Shown here piece by piece: positions 46,293-58,706 of a stretch of DNA of 64,000 bases. Positions within the stretch are counted from its first letter, which is position 1, and every line of letters starts with the position of its first letter. Source of the stretch: a virus; IMG/VR virus record IMGVR_UViG_3300044695_003767. One strand, given 5' to 3'. The notes under the pieces were generated by a model. That model did no database searches. It worked only from the letters and a program-made list of their open reading frames with translations, and had not been told where the DNA came from. A program made the translations under genes and the position numbers.

Positions 46293-47528
46293 ATGAGACC
46301 TGTGATTCAACTCCGTCCACACCAAGAACGTGCTCTGGATGCTCTTGTCAAGTATCAGAAAGGTCAAGTCATCATTCCGACTGGTGGTGGTAAGACCAAC
46401 GTTGCTATCTTTGATGCTTTGCGTGAGTTTCAATCTGATGCTCCTAAGACCATTGTAGTGGTTGCTCCTCGCATTCTACTTGCTGAGCAACTTTCTAGTG
46501 AGTTTCTTGAGTTTATCACCACTGCTGCTGTTCTTCACGTTCACAGTGGTGAGACGCATCACCAGAGCACCACTAAACCTGCTGAGATTCATAACTGGTC
46601 TCTTCGTGCTTATAAGCATCAACTGATTTTCACTACCTACAACTCCCTGCAACGTCTGCAACAGGCAGATCTTAAGGTTGATACGATTTACTTTGATGAG
46701 GCACACAACAGTGTTCAACGTCACTTTTTCCCTGCTACGGAGCACTTCTCTTCTACTGCTGACCGCTGCTATTTCTTCACTGCTACTCCTAAGCATTCTG
46801 CTACTATTTCCAAACCTGGGATGAATGATGGTGCAGTGTATGGTCAGGTGATCTGCAATGTGCCAGCACCTGAACTTGTTGAGGGTGGTTTCATTGTGCC
46901 CCCTAAGGTTGTGGTGCAGCAGTTTGAGATGCTGGGTAAGGGTCAAATCGTTGCTGATGTTGACTGTGAGAATCTGATTCAGACCATCGATGCTCAAGAT
47001 GTGGGTAAGGTTCTGATTTGCTCCAAGGCAACTAAGCAGATTCAGAATCTGGTTTCTCAGACTGATTTTTGCACTCAACTGGAGGATCGTGGTTATTCTT
47101 GGATGTATATTACTGCCAAGACTGGTGCCGTGATTGATGGTCGTAAGGTCAACCGTGAGGTATTCTTTGACACTCTCTCTGCTTGGGGCAAGGATGACTC
47201 TAAGAAGTTCGTTGTTCTTCACCACAGCATCCTGAGCGAAGGCATTAACGTTTCTGGACTGGAGGCAGTGCTGTTTATGCGGTCTATGGACTACATTGGG
47301 ATCTCCCAGACCATCGGACGGGTGATCCGTCTCCACAAGGACGACGCAGAGGGTCTCAGCAGTGGCAGGATTGCCCCTGGTGCCCTTGCAGACTACACCA
47401 AGTCGTTTGGACTGGTCTGCATCCCTGTCTACTCTTCTGTGGGCATCAGCACCGCAAAGAAGGTGCAAGCAGTGGTCGATACGGTGTTCAATCAAGGTCT
47501 CCCTGCCATCAGCGTTGTCAAACGTTGA
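46293..47528 (+). CDS. SF2 DEAH helicase (type III restriction Res-like)
   Basis: LRPHQ, PTGGGKT, FDEAH, FTATP, LSEGINV, QTIGRVIR. Confidence 0.9.
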   Translation: MRPVIQLRPHQERALDALVKYQKGQVIIPTGGGKTNVAIFDALREFQSDAPKTIVVVAPRILLAEQLSSEFLEFITTAAVLHVHSGETHHQSTTKPAEIHNWSLRAYKHQLIFTTYNSLQRLQQADLKVDTIYFDEAHNSVQRHFFPATEHFSSTADRCYFFTATPKHSATISKPGMNDGAVYGQVICNVPAPELVEGGFIVPPKVVVQQFEMLGKGQIVADVDCENLIQTIDAQDVGKVLICSKATKQIQNLVSQTDFCTQLEDRGYSWMYITAKTGAVIDGRKVNREVFFDTLSAWGKDDSKKFVVLHHSILSEGINVSGLEAVLFMRSMDYIGISQTIGRVIRLHKDDAEGLSSGRIAPGALADYTKSFGLVCIPVYSSVGISTAKKVQAVVDTVFNQGLPAISVVKR

Positions 47529-47568
47529 TTTTTCTGCTAAACTACTTACACACAAGGAGGAATCCCCA

Positions 47569-47706
47569 ATGCGTTGCAAAGTCGAACTCTATGTTGCTGG
47601 TAAAGTGTTCTATGAGCACGTTGAAGCACGGGACTATCAGGATGCCAAACGTACTGCAATTGCACGTAATCCAACAGCAAAAGTGGTCAGTGTGACTGCC
47701 GTATGA
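47569..47706 (+). CDS. Hypothetical protein (45 aa)
   Basis: AGGAGG RBS; MRCKVELYVAGKVF...ARNPTAKVV. Confidence 0.65.
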   Translation: MRCKVELYVAGKVFYEHVEARDYQDAKRTAIARNPTAKVVSVTAV

Positions 47707-47924
47707 ACATTCAAAACGAAACTCTCCTGAACTCTGTACCAGGAGACCCAAATGGATATGTGACTAAAGATGGAATGTGGGCAGCAGTTCCTTGGGGAAA
47801 AAAATTCATTATCATTCATAATGGACATCAAGTTCATACTGCAAACAACTACAAATCCGCAAAAACCTACATTCAAAAGTCCGCAAAAGGTGCATCGGTT
47901 TCTAGTTTAGATAAGTTTCTTTAA
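47703..47924 (+). CDS. Hypothetical protein
   Basis: ATGA-coupled; GYVTKDGMWAAVP. Confidence 0.6.
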   Translation: MNIQNETLLNSVPGDPNGYVTKDGMWAAVPWGKKFIIIHNGHQVHTANNYKSAKTYIQKSAKGASVSSLDKFL

Positions 47925-47956
47925 ACTCGTTAAATAGTATAACTGTCCTACACATT

Positions 47957-48127
47957 ATGGAAGAATCTTCTGAACTCAAATGGAATCGTGGTCTTGACTT
48001 GTTTATTGAAAGTGTTCATAAACCAGACCACGAACTCCGTCAATGTGCTCACAATCAAAAGTGTTACAACGAACTAATGGCAGTTCGTGACCACGTTTTA
48101 GAATATCTAAAAACAATCAGACGATGA
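47957..48127 (+). CDS. Hypothetical protein (56 aa)
   Basis: KWNRGLDLFIESVHKPD..LRQCAHNQ.CYNELM. Confidence 0.6.
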   Translation: MEESSELKWNRGLDLFIESVHKPDHELRQCAHNQKCYNELMAVRDHVLEYLKTIRR

Positions 48128-48354
48128 CTTATTACGGTTGGTTTGTTGTATTTGCAGTAGTGGCATACTTCATTGTAACAGATGATAGTGTCGCTGCTGC
48201 TTTTTATTATCTTATAAGGTTAGCAAAATCTAACTTTGAGAAACAAAAGTGGTGGTTACTGAACAATCCACGTAATCCTGTGGTAAAATATCTAATGTGG
48301 CGTCGTTCTATGAAACTCGCAAAGGAGTTAATGGACGAATACGAAAATAAATAA
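48124..48354 (+). CDS. Small membrane protein
   Basis: N-terminal TM segment; ATGA-coupled. Confidence 0.6.
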   Translation: MTYYGWFVVFAVVAYFIVTDDSVAAAFYYLIRLAKSNFEKQKWWLLNNPRNPVVKYLMWRRSMKLAKELMDEYENK

Positions 48355-48374
48355 CACTACATCTGGTAATACGT

Positions 48375-48701
48375 ATGCTCTCTACACAATATCGCCTGCG
48401 TCTTGAAGTAATCTGCGATAAGATTGCAACTGGCGATGAGGTGAGTTTAGAAGATATGATCTGGGCAGAAAAACTTGCAAAAGCAAATCGATCTGCTGGA
48501 ACAATGCTACGTCAGGCAAGAAGGAAAGCAGAAAATCCTGATATGCAAGACGGAGATATGGATGATTTTTTGAATCAACTTGACATTGGTGGTACTGGAA
48601 ACGAACGTTTTGGTATTAAAGGATTTAATAGTGTTGATGATATTGTAGATTTCTTTGGTGAAGGTAGGGATAAACCAGATGATTGGAGACAACGTGACTG
48701 A
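48375..48701 (+). CDS. Conserved cyanophage hypothetical protein
   Basis: MLSTQYRLRLE.IC..I, MIWAEKLAKAN, DWRQRD. Confidence 0.7.
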   Translation: MLSTQYRLRLEVICDKIATGDEVSLEDMIWAEKLAKANRSAGTMLRQARRKAENPDMQDGDMDDFLNQLDIGGTGNERFGIKGFNSVDDIVDFFGEGRDKPDDWRQRD

Positions 48702-49197
48702 TAGAATTATCAGTCAATACACTGACATATTTGATGAAACCCAGGTAAATAATATTTGGGAATACTTAACTAAACCAAATTGGGGATTTTGGCAGTCTAG
48801 TAGACCAGACTCTAAAAATTTTTTCTGGTATATGAATCTTGATGATCATTCCTTTTTCACTCAAGAATTATTTTCTAAAATTAAAACTTTAATTGGTGAA
48901 GATTTTTTTATTGAAAAAGTCTATGCGAATGGTCAAACTTTCGGATTAGATGGGGAATTTCATATTGATGACCCAGATGATAATGCATATACTTTTCTTT
49001 ATTACCCTATGAGAGATTGGAATTTATCTTGGGGTGGTGAAACAGTCATTCTTGATCCTGAAGGTGTGATAAGCACTATACATCCGATGCCAAATAGTGC
49101 TATAATATTCCCATCAAATTGGTTACACTGTGGTAAATCACCATCTAAAAACTTCACAGATTTGAGAGTCACCATTGCTTATAAATTGAAAAAATGA
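48694..49197 (+). CDS. 2OG-Fe(II) oxygenase
   Basis: YANGQT, FHIDD, WGGET, FPSNWLH, R.TIAYK. Confidence 0.8.
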   Translation: MTDRIISQYTDIFDETQVNNIWEYLTKPNWGFWQSSRPDSKNFFWYMNLDDHSFFTQELFSKIKTLIGEDFFIEKVYANGQTFGLDGEFHIDDPDDNAYTFLYYPMRDWNLSWGGETVILDPEGVISTIHPMPNSAIIFPSNWLHCGKSPSKNFTDLRVTIAYKLKK

Positions 49198-51718
49198 AAC
49201 CCAACTTTCGTAAGGTATTAGAGATGGCACTGGAAGAAGGTGTTCGATTTGGATACAATCGTGCTCATAAACACGTAGAAAATCCACATCAAGATGCTGT
49301 GGTTGATTGTGTGGTAGATTGTGCGATGAACTCCCTGTATGAATGGTTTGATTTTGAGGAGAACAATGAACTTGGTTAAATTTAATAAACGCAAATTTTT
49401 GATTAAGTACAATCATCGTGAAGATTTTGGGCACGAATGGTATGTTCAGATCTTAAATATCAAGCGTTGGAGTTTGATTCAAGCATCTGTAAGTTGGAAT
49501 GATTATCCATCCTGGCCTTATCTACAAATTAAGTCTGGATCTGGTGATGTGTTGAGTATTCTATTTTGGGCATATAAGTTTGGATTTGATATTGATTTTA
49601 TCTCTCGCACTTGGAACTGGGATCATTTGGAGGAACTAGATGAAGACGAAACTGAACTGGTTTGAGTATTACTTCGGTCATTGTTTCCAAACTGGTTGGA
49701 GAGAAATCTGGAACAACTTTAAGATGTGGAGAGATCTCATCAGTGGAAACTATGCCGATTATGCTCTGCTAAAGAATGACGACCCATACGAAGAATGTTA
49801 TCAGTGGTTCTGGACTTCTATCAATCTTGACGAAACATATCCTAAAGAGTTTCTTGAGTACCTGATGGAAATGTGTGACAGAATTGATCGGGGTGAAGAG
49901 AAACTGATTCCATTGGATGAAGATTTCTTTAATAGAATAAAAGAACTTACTGATGATATAGAGTTGAATGATGAAGACTTTACCTGATAAAAGAGAACTG
50001 GATATTATGTGGACGGTTGCCACATCGACCAGTATTGAAACTGGCACAAGACCCCACTACGGGTTTGCCAACCTGCTGTATGATTACCTCACAGACAACC
50101 TCAAAAACAAATACGGAGTTGAACTCTGCTATGAACCTCAAAGAGAAGAAGGCACTGCTCAAGAAACTTGAGACTGCCTACAATACCTGTTTTGATTGTG
50201 GGAAGAAGTATGGAGTGTATTCTGTAGGATGCTCCTCTGTTTATGAGTCAAAGTGTGGTGTATGTGGTGAAATCAAACCCATTACGGAGACTCGTGACTT
50301 TGCTTATTTCTTTCCTACCATTCGAAAACTGAAACTAGAGATTCAAAATGAGAAGAGTAACAGTCAAACCAAAGTCCAGCAAAGCGAAGAACCGTCTTGC
50401 TAATACTATGGACAACAATCCTGTTTGTATTGTAGAGCAGGATACTGGTGGTGAATTGTTCCTTGCTTCCGAAAATCGTAAATACTTTTTTTGGGTTAGC
50501 ACTCGCACTGGTACTAACCGTTTTGGTGACAAATCTGACGCACATTGGGAGGTTATTGAATGAGTTTTTCTAAAACTGTTTCTGTTTTTGCTGCTCTTGC
50601 AAGTATCTTTGCTGCTGGTGCTACTGGTTGGAAACTTGCAGATTCACAAAAAGAAGTTCCTTTGAGTCCATTAGACCAAAAGGTGATGGAGTTGGAGAAG
50701 AAATTGGACCAAGCACAGCAACCGCAAGTTGCTCCTGAACCAGTAAAACTTCCAGCACCTATCGTTCAAACACCACTACAACCTAACGTACTTCCTGCTC
50801 CAACACCACCTCCTCCTGTTTCCGAAAATGCCACTCCTTGATACTCTCAACTACTTCATACAAGACCAAGAAGGACACCTACAATGTCTTGAATGGGAAA
50901 TCAGGGATGAAACCAATTATGAGAACAATGACATTGATTGGTATTGTGAACAGTATGATGAAGCAAAACAACGAATAGAAGACCTTAAACAAATCAAATC
51001 CATTATTGAAGCACAACAATGACTTACGATCAACTCTACGAGCACATTGTCAACTACATTGCTCAACCACTAGATGATAAGCGTCGTGCCTGTCTGATTC
51101 TGGGTGCATTTATGGAGTTTAACCTTGATTGTCTTGATGAAGGTGTAGACCCTCGCACTATTGATATGACTGGTTTTGTGAATGAGAAACTTGATGAACT
51201 GGAGGGCAAATGAGATTTCGTGATATTGAGTTCCGTTGGAGTAAATGCAACAACAAGTATGAACTCGTTAAGTGGTATCAATCTAATGGTTCAGGACAAG
51301 AGAACTGCTATGTGATTGCTTTTTTTGATAAAGGCAAAGAGTGTTATGATATGAGAACCATCGGTACTAGGTTCTTTGAGGATAAAGATGCCTGGGTTGT
51401 AGGTAAGTATGGTTTGGAGTTTCTAAATGAAATCTTTGAGATTGAAAGGATTGAAGAGGAACTGAAATGAATAAGGACGAATACTACGATTGGATTGCCG
51501 AAAATGATTCATATCCAGAACATTCTCATAAGTGGATAGTGGGACTTTATACTCCTGATGGTGGTAGATTTGATATGCTACACAGATACTTTGGACCTTT
51601 TGAAACCAAAGAACAAGCACGGGTATTCGCAGCAGATTATAAGGACAAATACACAAAACCAGGATTTATTTCCAGAACCAAAATCTTCCCACTCTGTGAG
51701 GTAGTAAAGGACACTTGA
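49194..51718 (+). other. Run of ~11 small overlapping hypothetical ORFs, including a CxxC Zn-finger ORF from 50131 and a signal-peptide/Pro-rich ORF at 50560-50841
   Basis: Tiled + strand ORFs with ATGA overlaps. Confidence 0.6.
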
Positions 51719-51766
51719 AGAACTGGCACAGGGCATCTCCACAGGTGCCCTTTTTCGTTGTATAAT
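51708..51766 (+). promoter_or_regulatory. Operator-hairpin-TATAAT promoter module
   Basis: GGACACTTGAAGAACTGGCACA, hairpin GGGCATCT/AGGTGCCC plus T run, TGTATAAT. Confidence 0.7.
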
Positions 51767-51788
51767 GACTTTATAAACAAACAAACCA

Positions 51789-54700
51789 ATGACTGAACTT
51801 ACTCCTGAAGCACAAGCAGTTGTAGATGCCTTCTATCGTGAATTGCCCCCAAACTATCAGCAAGGAGGTATTACTGCTGCTCTCCGTGCTGCTATTGATA
51901 GTGTAGTTCCTGAAGAAGCAGAAGCACCGAGGGCACAGTTTGATTGTCCTCCTCGTAAGTTGTGGTCAATCAATAAAGAAAAAGAAAGGTGGGGATATGA
52001 GCATTCAGATCATCTGAGGAGGCAGTTTGCTCAAGACAAACTGGATATTCGTTGGGAACAACGACAACAAACCCGTGCTTTGATGCTTGCTATTGTCGTT
52101 GAACTTGAGAACCTGAAATGAACTACCTCTGCCTTGTTGATGGTGTTGTAGAATACGGTAGCACAGACCTCTACCAATTCAATCATTATCGTATGGTGTA
52201 TTACGAAGACCACAAAGATGCTGAAAATGTAGAGTATCTTGTGCTGACTGATGAGGCATACAACGAAATGTTCCCTTGTGAGGATGAAGAATGACTAAAA
52301 TCCAACTCAAAGCAATCACAGTTACTTACACCAGAACTCTCACAGTTTCACCCACAACTGAAATGTTTGAGGACTGGGAGGATTATCCAGACCAAGAAGG
52401 ATTTGAGAGTTTAGTGCTTAATGAATTGTTTGATAAAATCCATTATGAGATGGGAGGACCCGCAAATCCTATGCCTTACACTGATGTAAAACAGTTTGAA
52501 ACCGTTGAGATTGACTGGGAGGGTGAAGAATGACTGACGCAGCATACAAAGTTTGGGAAGCATTCAAAGCAGAATTGATTGTAGAACCCACCGATGATAT
52601 GAAAGAAGCACTTGCTACTGCTATTCGTGAGATTGCTGACCAACTTTATTTTGACCCTGATGTAGATTATCTAAATCGTCTTTCCTATAATGTGGAGGCA
52701 CTATGACTGAACGAGCACAAAAGATTATGAAAGCATACGAAGCAGAGGATACTTACAACTTTCCAAAAGATGGAGTTGTTGCTGTTATTCGTGCTATTGT
52801 GAATGAACATCAATACTATCAGTGTTGTAGAGACCAGGATATAGAAGATATGGTAGTTGATGCTCGATTGCTTTATGAACTTGCTGATGAATTGGAGGCA
52901 CTATGAAACTCTACCGATACAAGAAAGACGGACACCTTTATACTCTCTATGAGCAGTTGAGACCATTCTATAATCTTGTAGCAGTTCCTTATTTTCCCAA
53001 TCAAGGTATTCTTGCTAAAAGTAAGAGGAGTATTTCTATGGATGATTTTGTGGTGGTTGCTGAACGATGACTGACGAAGAATGGGAAACCACACTCAAAA
53101 GTATGAATGAGAATGTGAAGAAGTGGGTGAATGAAGAAATTGATAAAATTAAGTATAGTATCATCAAAGACATTATTGACAAAGAACTCAAATGAAACTT
53201 TTTATCTTTACTCTCATCATTCCACTTCTTATCATTACTGGTTATTTCCTTTCTATGGAACTACTGAATACTTACAATACTCAAAAGGATAGGGAGATGT
53301 TCTTGAAATCTTATGAGATTGTGTTAGAATGTAGAAAGTCTTATAATGTGATTAATTCCGCAACTAACATTTGTGGTGAAGTTCCTGTATTTGTGGATGC
53401 TGTAAAATGAAAGTTTATTCACTCTATCACAACGAAACTTATGTTGCTTCCTTTCCAAATAAGGAAGATGCTGTTTTCTATGGTAAGCAATTCTATGAGG
53501 ATGGATGGTCTTGTAATATTATTGAAGAGTATTTGAGTAAATCTGCACCACTTTATAGCACTCCTTATATTCCACCTGCTTCAAGCACTACTCCTACTAT
53601 TCACAAGATAGATTAGGATAATAGAGTAGAAGGAGTTGATTATTGATTATGACTGAACCAACCGACGAACAAATTGATGAACTTTGGGATGAGATTGGAG
53701 GGTATTACAATCTTTATCCCGAAGTTAGAAATACTATTCGTGAAGCACTTCATCGTTGGGGAAATGTGGAGGATGAAGAATGACTTACGAAGTTCAAACT
53801 TGGGATGACACAGATAAAACTGTGTATTATGAAACCGTAAAGGATGCTATTGATTATGAGAATGCTCGTGATATAATTGTAGAGAAGTATCCAAACCGTA
53901 AAGTAATTGCTGTAATTAGAAAATGACTGAACCATTAAATCACAAACTTGATATAAGTAAAATCAAAACCCTCAAAGATGTAAAGAATGTCTTTGAGTGT
54001 ATGAATTTGTATGCTTCTGCTGAAGAAGGTTACGAAAAGTATGAACTTCTCAAAGAATACTTTACGATCCCAAACGAACCACAAGAAATCAAATTTGAAT
54101 TACCACGCAAGTCATTAGAAGAAATCTCACAAGAGTTTGATGAGAAGATTGATTACCTTTTGGTGAAAACCCAAAGAAAGTTTGCCGTATCCAAAGAAAC
54201 TGCCGAACATTTTTATAATCACAAGTTCAATAGGATTATTGAGAACTTTGAGTATGCGAAAGAACACGGACAATTCCCAGTCAGACTTACAATAGGTAAT
54301 TTAGATTGTTCTACTCTTGGTGTGAGCAGTGCTGTAGATTGGAGCACAGAGTTTAGAATTGGTAAAGATGAGGTAGGATACTGGAACATCAAACCAAACA
54401 TCAAAGTGTATCTGAAAAAGAAACCAAATCGTGTTGTGAGATACTTTACTAAACTACTTCTTGATTTTACTTGGAAAGATAAATGACTAAACTATCAGCA
54501 GCAGACCTTATGGTAATTCATAATACTCTCTATAAAAGTTTGAGTGTCGTTGGAAATAGTATTTGGACACAAGAAACCAGAGAAAGAGTTATGGATAAGG
54601 TGTCTATTATTATGGAAAATATGAACGCAGAAGTTGTCTGTGGTGATGTAGAACCTATTGTAGTGAGTGGAGATGTTGGTGGATAGTATTGAAGAACTCC

Positions 54701-54833
54701 AAAAATACTTGGATGACCATAACATTACATTTGAAGAGTATATGAGAGCAAATATGATTACTGATGAAGAACGGAAATATATTGATAAGATATGGATGGA
54801 TGCGATTTATAAGAACTTGGGTGAGGACACTTG
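51789..54833 (+). other. Operon of small hypothetical ORFs, including paralogues 51789-52121, 52530-52706 and 52703-52906
   Basis: Tiled ORFs with ATGA coupling after the promoter module. Confidence 0.6.
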
Positions 54834-54881
54834 AAGAACTGGCACAGGGGATGCTCTGGGTGTCTCTGGATGCCTTATAAT
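54824..54881 (+). promoter_or_regulatory. Operator-TATAAT promoter module
   Basis: 26-nt exact repeat of 51708-51733; TATAAT 29 nt after AACTGGCACA. Confidence 0.7.
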
Positions 54882-54904
54882 ACTCTCATACACACAGACA
54901 CCTG

Positions 54905-57900
54905 ATGACTGAACAAGAACTTATTGAACTCTGGGGTAATGGAACCCAGTTTGGAATGAATACTCTTGGTGCTGGTGTTATGACTGGTGCTATGAATAAT
55001 GCCTTTCGTGAGGTTGCTGTAAAGTTTGCTCTTGTAGTTGCTGATAAAGCATATGGTATTGGTTATGATATTGGAGCAGGTGATGAGTATGATAGGGGAT
55101 ATGTTGATGGTGTGGAAAGTGTAAGGTCTGGTGTTCTTGGAGATTGAAATGACTGCCTTCAATTACAAAGGATACGGACGCATCTACACCAATTCAAGGA
55201 ACATTCAAAATGTAGAAAAAATCATTCAAGAACTTGATGAGTTTGAGTGGGGTTATTATCCAGGAGGTCTCGTAGCATCTTGGGATATGTATCCAAATGT
55301 AGAGTATATTGGTAAGTTTGAACTGAATGAAGACAAGTTCAAACAAATCTGTAAGGAACGAAACATTCCTGTTTTTGTCTTTAATGCTTATGATAATGAG
55401 TATCCTCGTGGTTATGTCAAAACTTTGAATAGAGAAGAAATCAAACAACTTTCTTATGGAGAACTGAAATGACTGAACGAGTAAAATTCAAAACTATCAC
55501 ACGAGTGATTGACCCAAAGACACGCATTCATTATCTAGATGCTGTTGATGAGAATGGATACCACTGGACTGCCGAAATGTCACCACACGAAGAGAGATGG
55601 TTGTGCTATACTGATGTATGGAAAAAAGACCCCCAGCAGCCCTATGACCTTTAATTATGAAAGACCTTGAACTCGGACAAATGATTTTTGGCAATCCCAC
55701 AGAGGAATATAGTGTTCCTCGTGAGAAATGGATGGGTGGTCCATTCCAAATCTTGATTGATGCGATTACAGAAAAGACAGGAGAAAAAGATTATGGATAT
55801 ACTCCACATTTCTCCAACGATTTTTTCATCATCCGTCCTTATTATTGGGGTGATGAAGAAGATGAAATGGATAAACCTAACTTTGAAATTCCAAGTGAAA
55901 ACTTTCGTTTGACTTGGTATAAGTATCCTTTTAGGAGTTCTTATGCGAGTGAGAAACTTACTCCGAAGAGGTGGAATGCCCTTATTCAAAAATGTATCAA
56001 GAGTTTGGAAGAATGACCCTTGAAGAAATCCTAGAAGAATACGGACAGGAAGTATTAGACACATACTACGAACTGTTCCCAGACAAAAACATCTCAAAGT
56101 TTGGTGATAGGTGTTGTGGATTTGTTGGTGAGTATCAGGATTTTGTGTTAGACTGTTATCATTCAACTGGTAGTGATGAACTGGAAACACTTGAAGAGTT
56201 TATGAATGGTGTATTTCAGGAGTATTATTACTACTGCGAAAAAACAGCAACAGGATTTGTATTTTATAATGAACGATGATTAAAGAAGAACTCAAAGCAA
56301 TCTTGTTTATTCTTGGATTATTGCTACTTTTAGGAATACTCACATCATTTACTACTGATTATCAAAAAACAAAATGTTTGGAAGACGGTGGTAGGTGGAT
56401 TAGTGGATTTGTAGGTGGAAATTGGACTTATTTTTGTTTGCCGAAATGACCAAACATCCTACATCAGAATGGGAGTGGGAAGACACTGCCGAAGTCGCAT
56501 TTCAGGAATGGTTTAACGACCTTTATACTCCTTATACCTTTCGTTGTGAATGGTTCTATGGAGATTGTGCCGTAGAAGACCTGAAAACCCGTGAGGATTT
56601 GTTGAGAAAGTGGTTGCATTCTGCCTTCTTGACGGGTTATAATACTGGTAGATGCTCCAAGACCGATGAGTGACCTAATCTTCTACACAAATGGTGAGGA
56701 AACATATCGTATTTCTCCTCCAACTATTGGAACCAAGTGCCCTGAAATGAAACTTGAAATCAAAATGACTGAAACTGACATCTCAAAAGTTCTCATAGAA
56801 GGAGAATATGCAACCATTATGGGTGTGAAATATAAGAGAGTGGAAGAACCAAAATCACCAGTAGAAGAAGCATACAAAGAGTGGTGGGGACAATATCCTG
56901 AATTGGAAACTGATTCCAAGTATGATGATATGAGGTGGCAGGGTTTCCAAGCAGGTTATGAACTAGCACAAGTAAAAGATGGGTGCCCTGAACCACCTGA
57001 TGAACCAGATTATTATGATGAAGTTGAATGGGATGAGAAAGACAACTCAAAACCTATGGATGAGGTTGTGAATAGGTTGGTGAAAAAATACGAAGCACAA
57101 AAACTTTTTAATAGATTGGTAGATGAACTTGGTTATGATTTTGATGCTTGTAATGATGTTGTAGATTTGGTAGAAGATTGGTTGCCGAAAGAACAATCAG
57201 CAGCAGGAAGTCAAAATGTAGATACTGAATTGCTTGTTGATGGATTTAATGATTGTTTGCGTAAAATCAAGGGGATGCTACGATGACTGAACGCAACTTT
57301 GCCAAAGAACTTTGCCATCACCGCTATATTGATATGGAGGATGGGAATGATACTGAAACTATTTGCTATCCTTCTTTGATTTGTATTATCACCGAGTTGT
57401 GTGATAGAATAGAGCAACTGGAGAAGGACAACGAACTTCTGAAATCTTATGCTTGGGAACAATGAACAATGATATGCCTTGGGTCAATCTCACCCAAGAA
57501 GAAGTAGAAGAACTCCGCAACAAAAAGCACACACTCACCGAATATGGCAGAGAACAACTGAAACGACTTATGATGAACCAAGAACCTTATCCTGACGAAT
57601 TTTTTGAGGAAGCAGAACGTCGTGAGAAGAGTAATCGTATTCTGCAACGATATAATGACTTTCACAATCTTGAAACTTCTGGACTTCCTCACGGCACACC
57701 AATCACACCAGAGCATCAGCAGATTATTGCAATGGAAAGTATGATTGATGCTATTCGTTGCGAGTATCTCAATCGGGAGTATAATCATATTGCGATTGAA
57801 GATATTGAGGATTTGATTGAACGACTTCGTGAGCAAGCAACTGCATTTCTTGAACGAGTGAGGCAGAACAATGACCGATAAACCATTCTATCGTTTCTTT

Positions 57901-58164
57901 GCGATTGATTATTGTGCAACTGGTGAAGGTCGCTCTATTTGGTTAATGATCTGTCGTTATGACCTTGATGGAGAAAGAGATTATGAGTATGAAAGATTTG
58001 CAAACTTTGTTAATTATGATCATTACCTACACGGATTTGATGAACTTACAGAGCGAGAGTTTCTGGATAAGTATACGAGATTTATTCCTCACCTGATTGC
58101 TAATATGTTACAAAAGAAAACTATCGGAACTTGGCAAACTCATTTGCATTTTAATCTCAGTTAA
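54905..58164 (+). other. Operon of small hypothetical ORFs
   Basis: Tiled acidic/aromatic small ORFs with overlaps. Confidence 0.6.
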
Positions 58165-58220
58165 GACACTTACCAAACTGGCACACCCACACACCACAGA
58201 CCCACAAAATACCCTATAAT
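58164..58220 (+). promoter_or_regulatory. Operator-TATAAT promoter module
   Basis: AGACACTT-ACCA-AACTGGCACA; TATAAT 29 nt downstream. Confidence 0.65.
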
Positions 58221-58505
58221 ACACCCATAAACACCCATTATTGTGATGACTTTCCAACCCTACAACATTGTTCCTGGAACCGACATTCTTCATAGTTTGA
58301 CTGATGTTTATGAATTTTGTGATGAAGTAGAAGGAATGACTTATCGTGTAGAACTCAATGCTGATAATGGTGGAGTTTACATTAAGTCCAGTGAAAAAGG
58401 ACACGAAGAAGGTTCTAAAAACATCACCGAAGATATGTCTATCGGCAACAAACAACTTTCCATCGTTGTTGCTCGTCGTATTCTTGAACTTTATGGAGAA
58501 CTGAA

Positions 58506-58706
58506 ATGAATACAAAAGCACAAACAATCTGGAAAGTATTTTGTGAAGAACTGATTGTAGAACCCACAGATGATATGAGAGAAGCACTTGCGACTGCTGT
58601 TCGTGAGATTGTGAATGAGTTTCAATACTATCACTTTGGTGATGGTGAAGATATGGTAGTTGATGCTCGTGTTCTTTATGAACTTGCGGAGGAACTTGAG
58701 AAATGA
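58506..58706 (+). CDS. Hypothetical protein, mosaic paralogue of the 52530 and 52703 ORFs
   Basis: ELIVEPTDDM.EALATA.REI plus IVNE.QYY...EDMVVDAR.LYELA.ELE. Confidence 0.7.
   Translation: MNTKAQTIWKVFCEELIVEPTDDMREALATAVREIVNEFQYYHFGDGEDMVVDARVLYELAEELEK

Noticed and set aside
46476-47579. 367-aa antisense ORF
   Set aside because: Shadow of the helicase gene; no RBS or motifs
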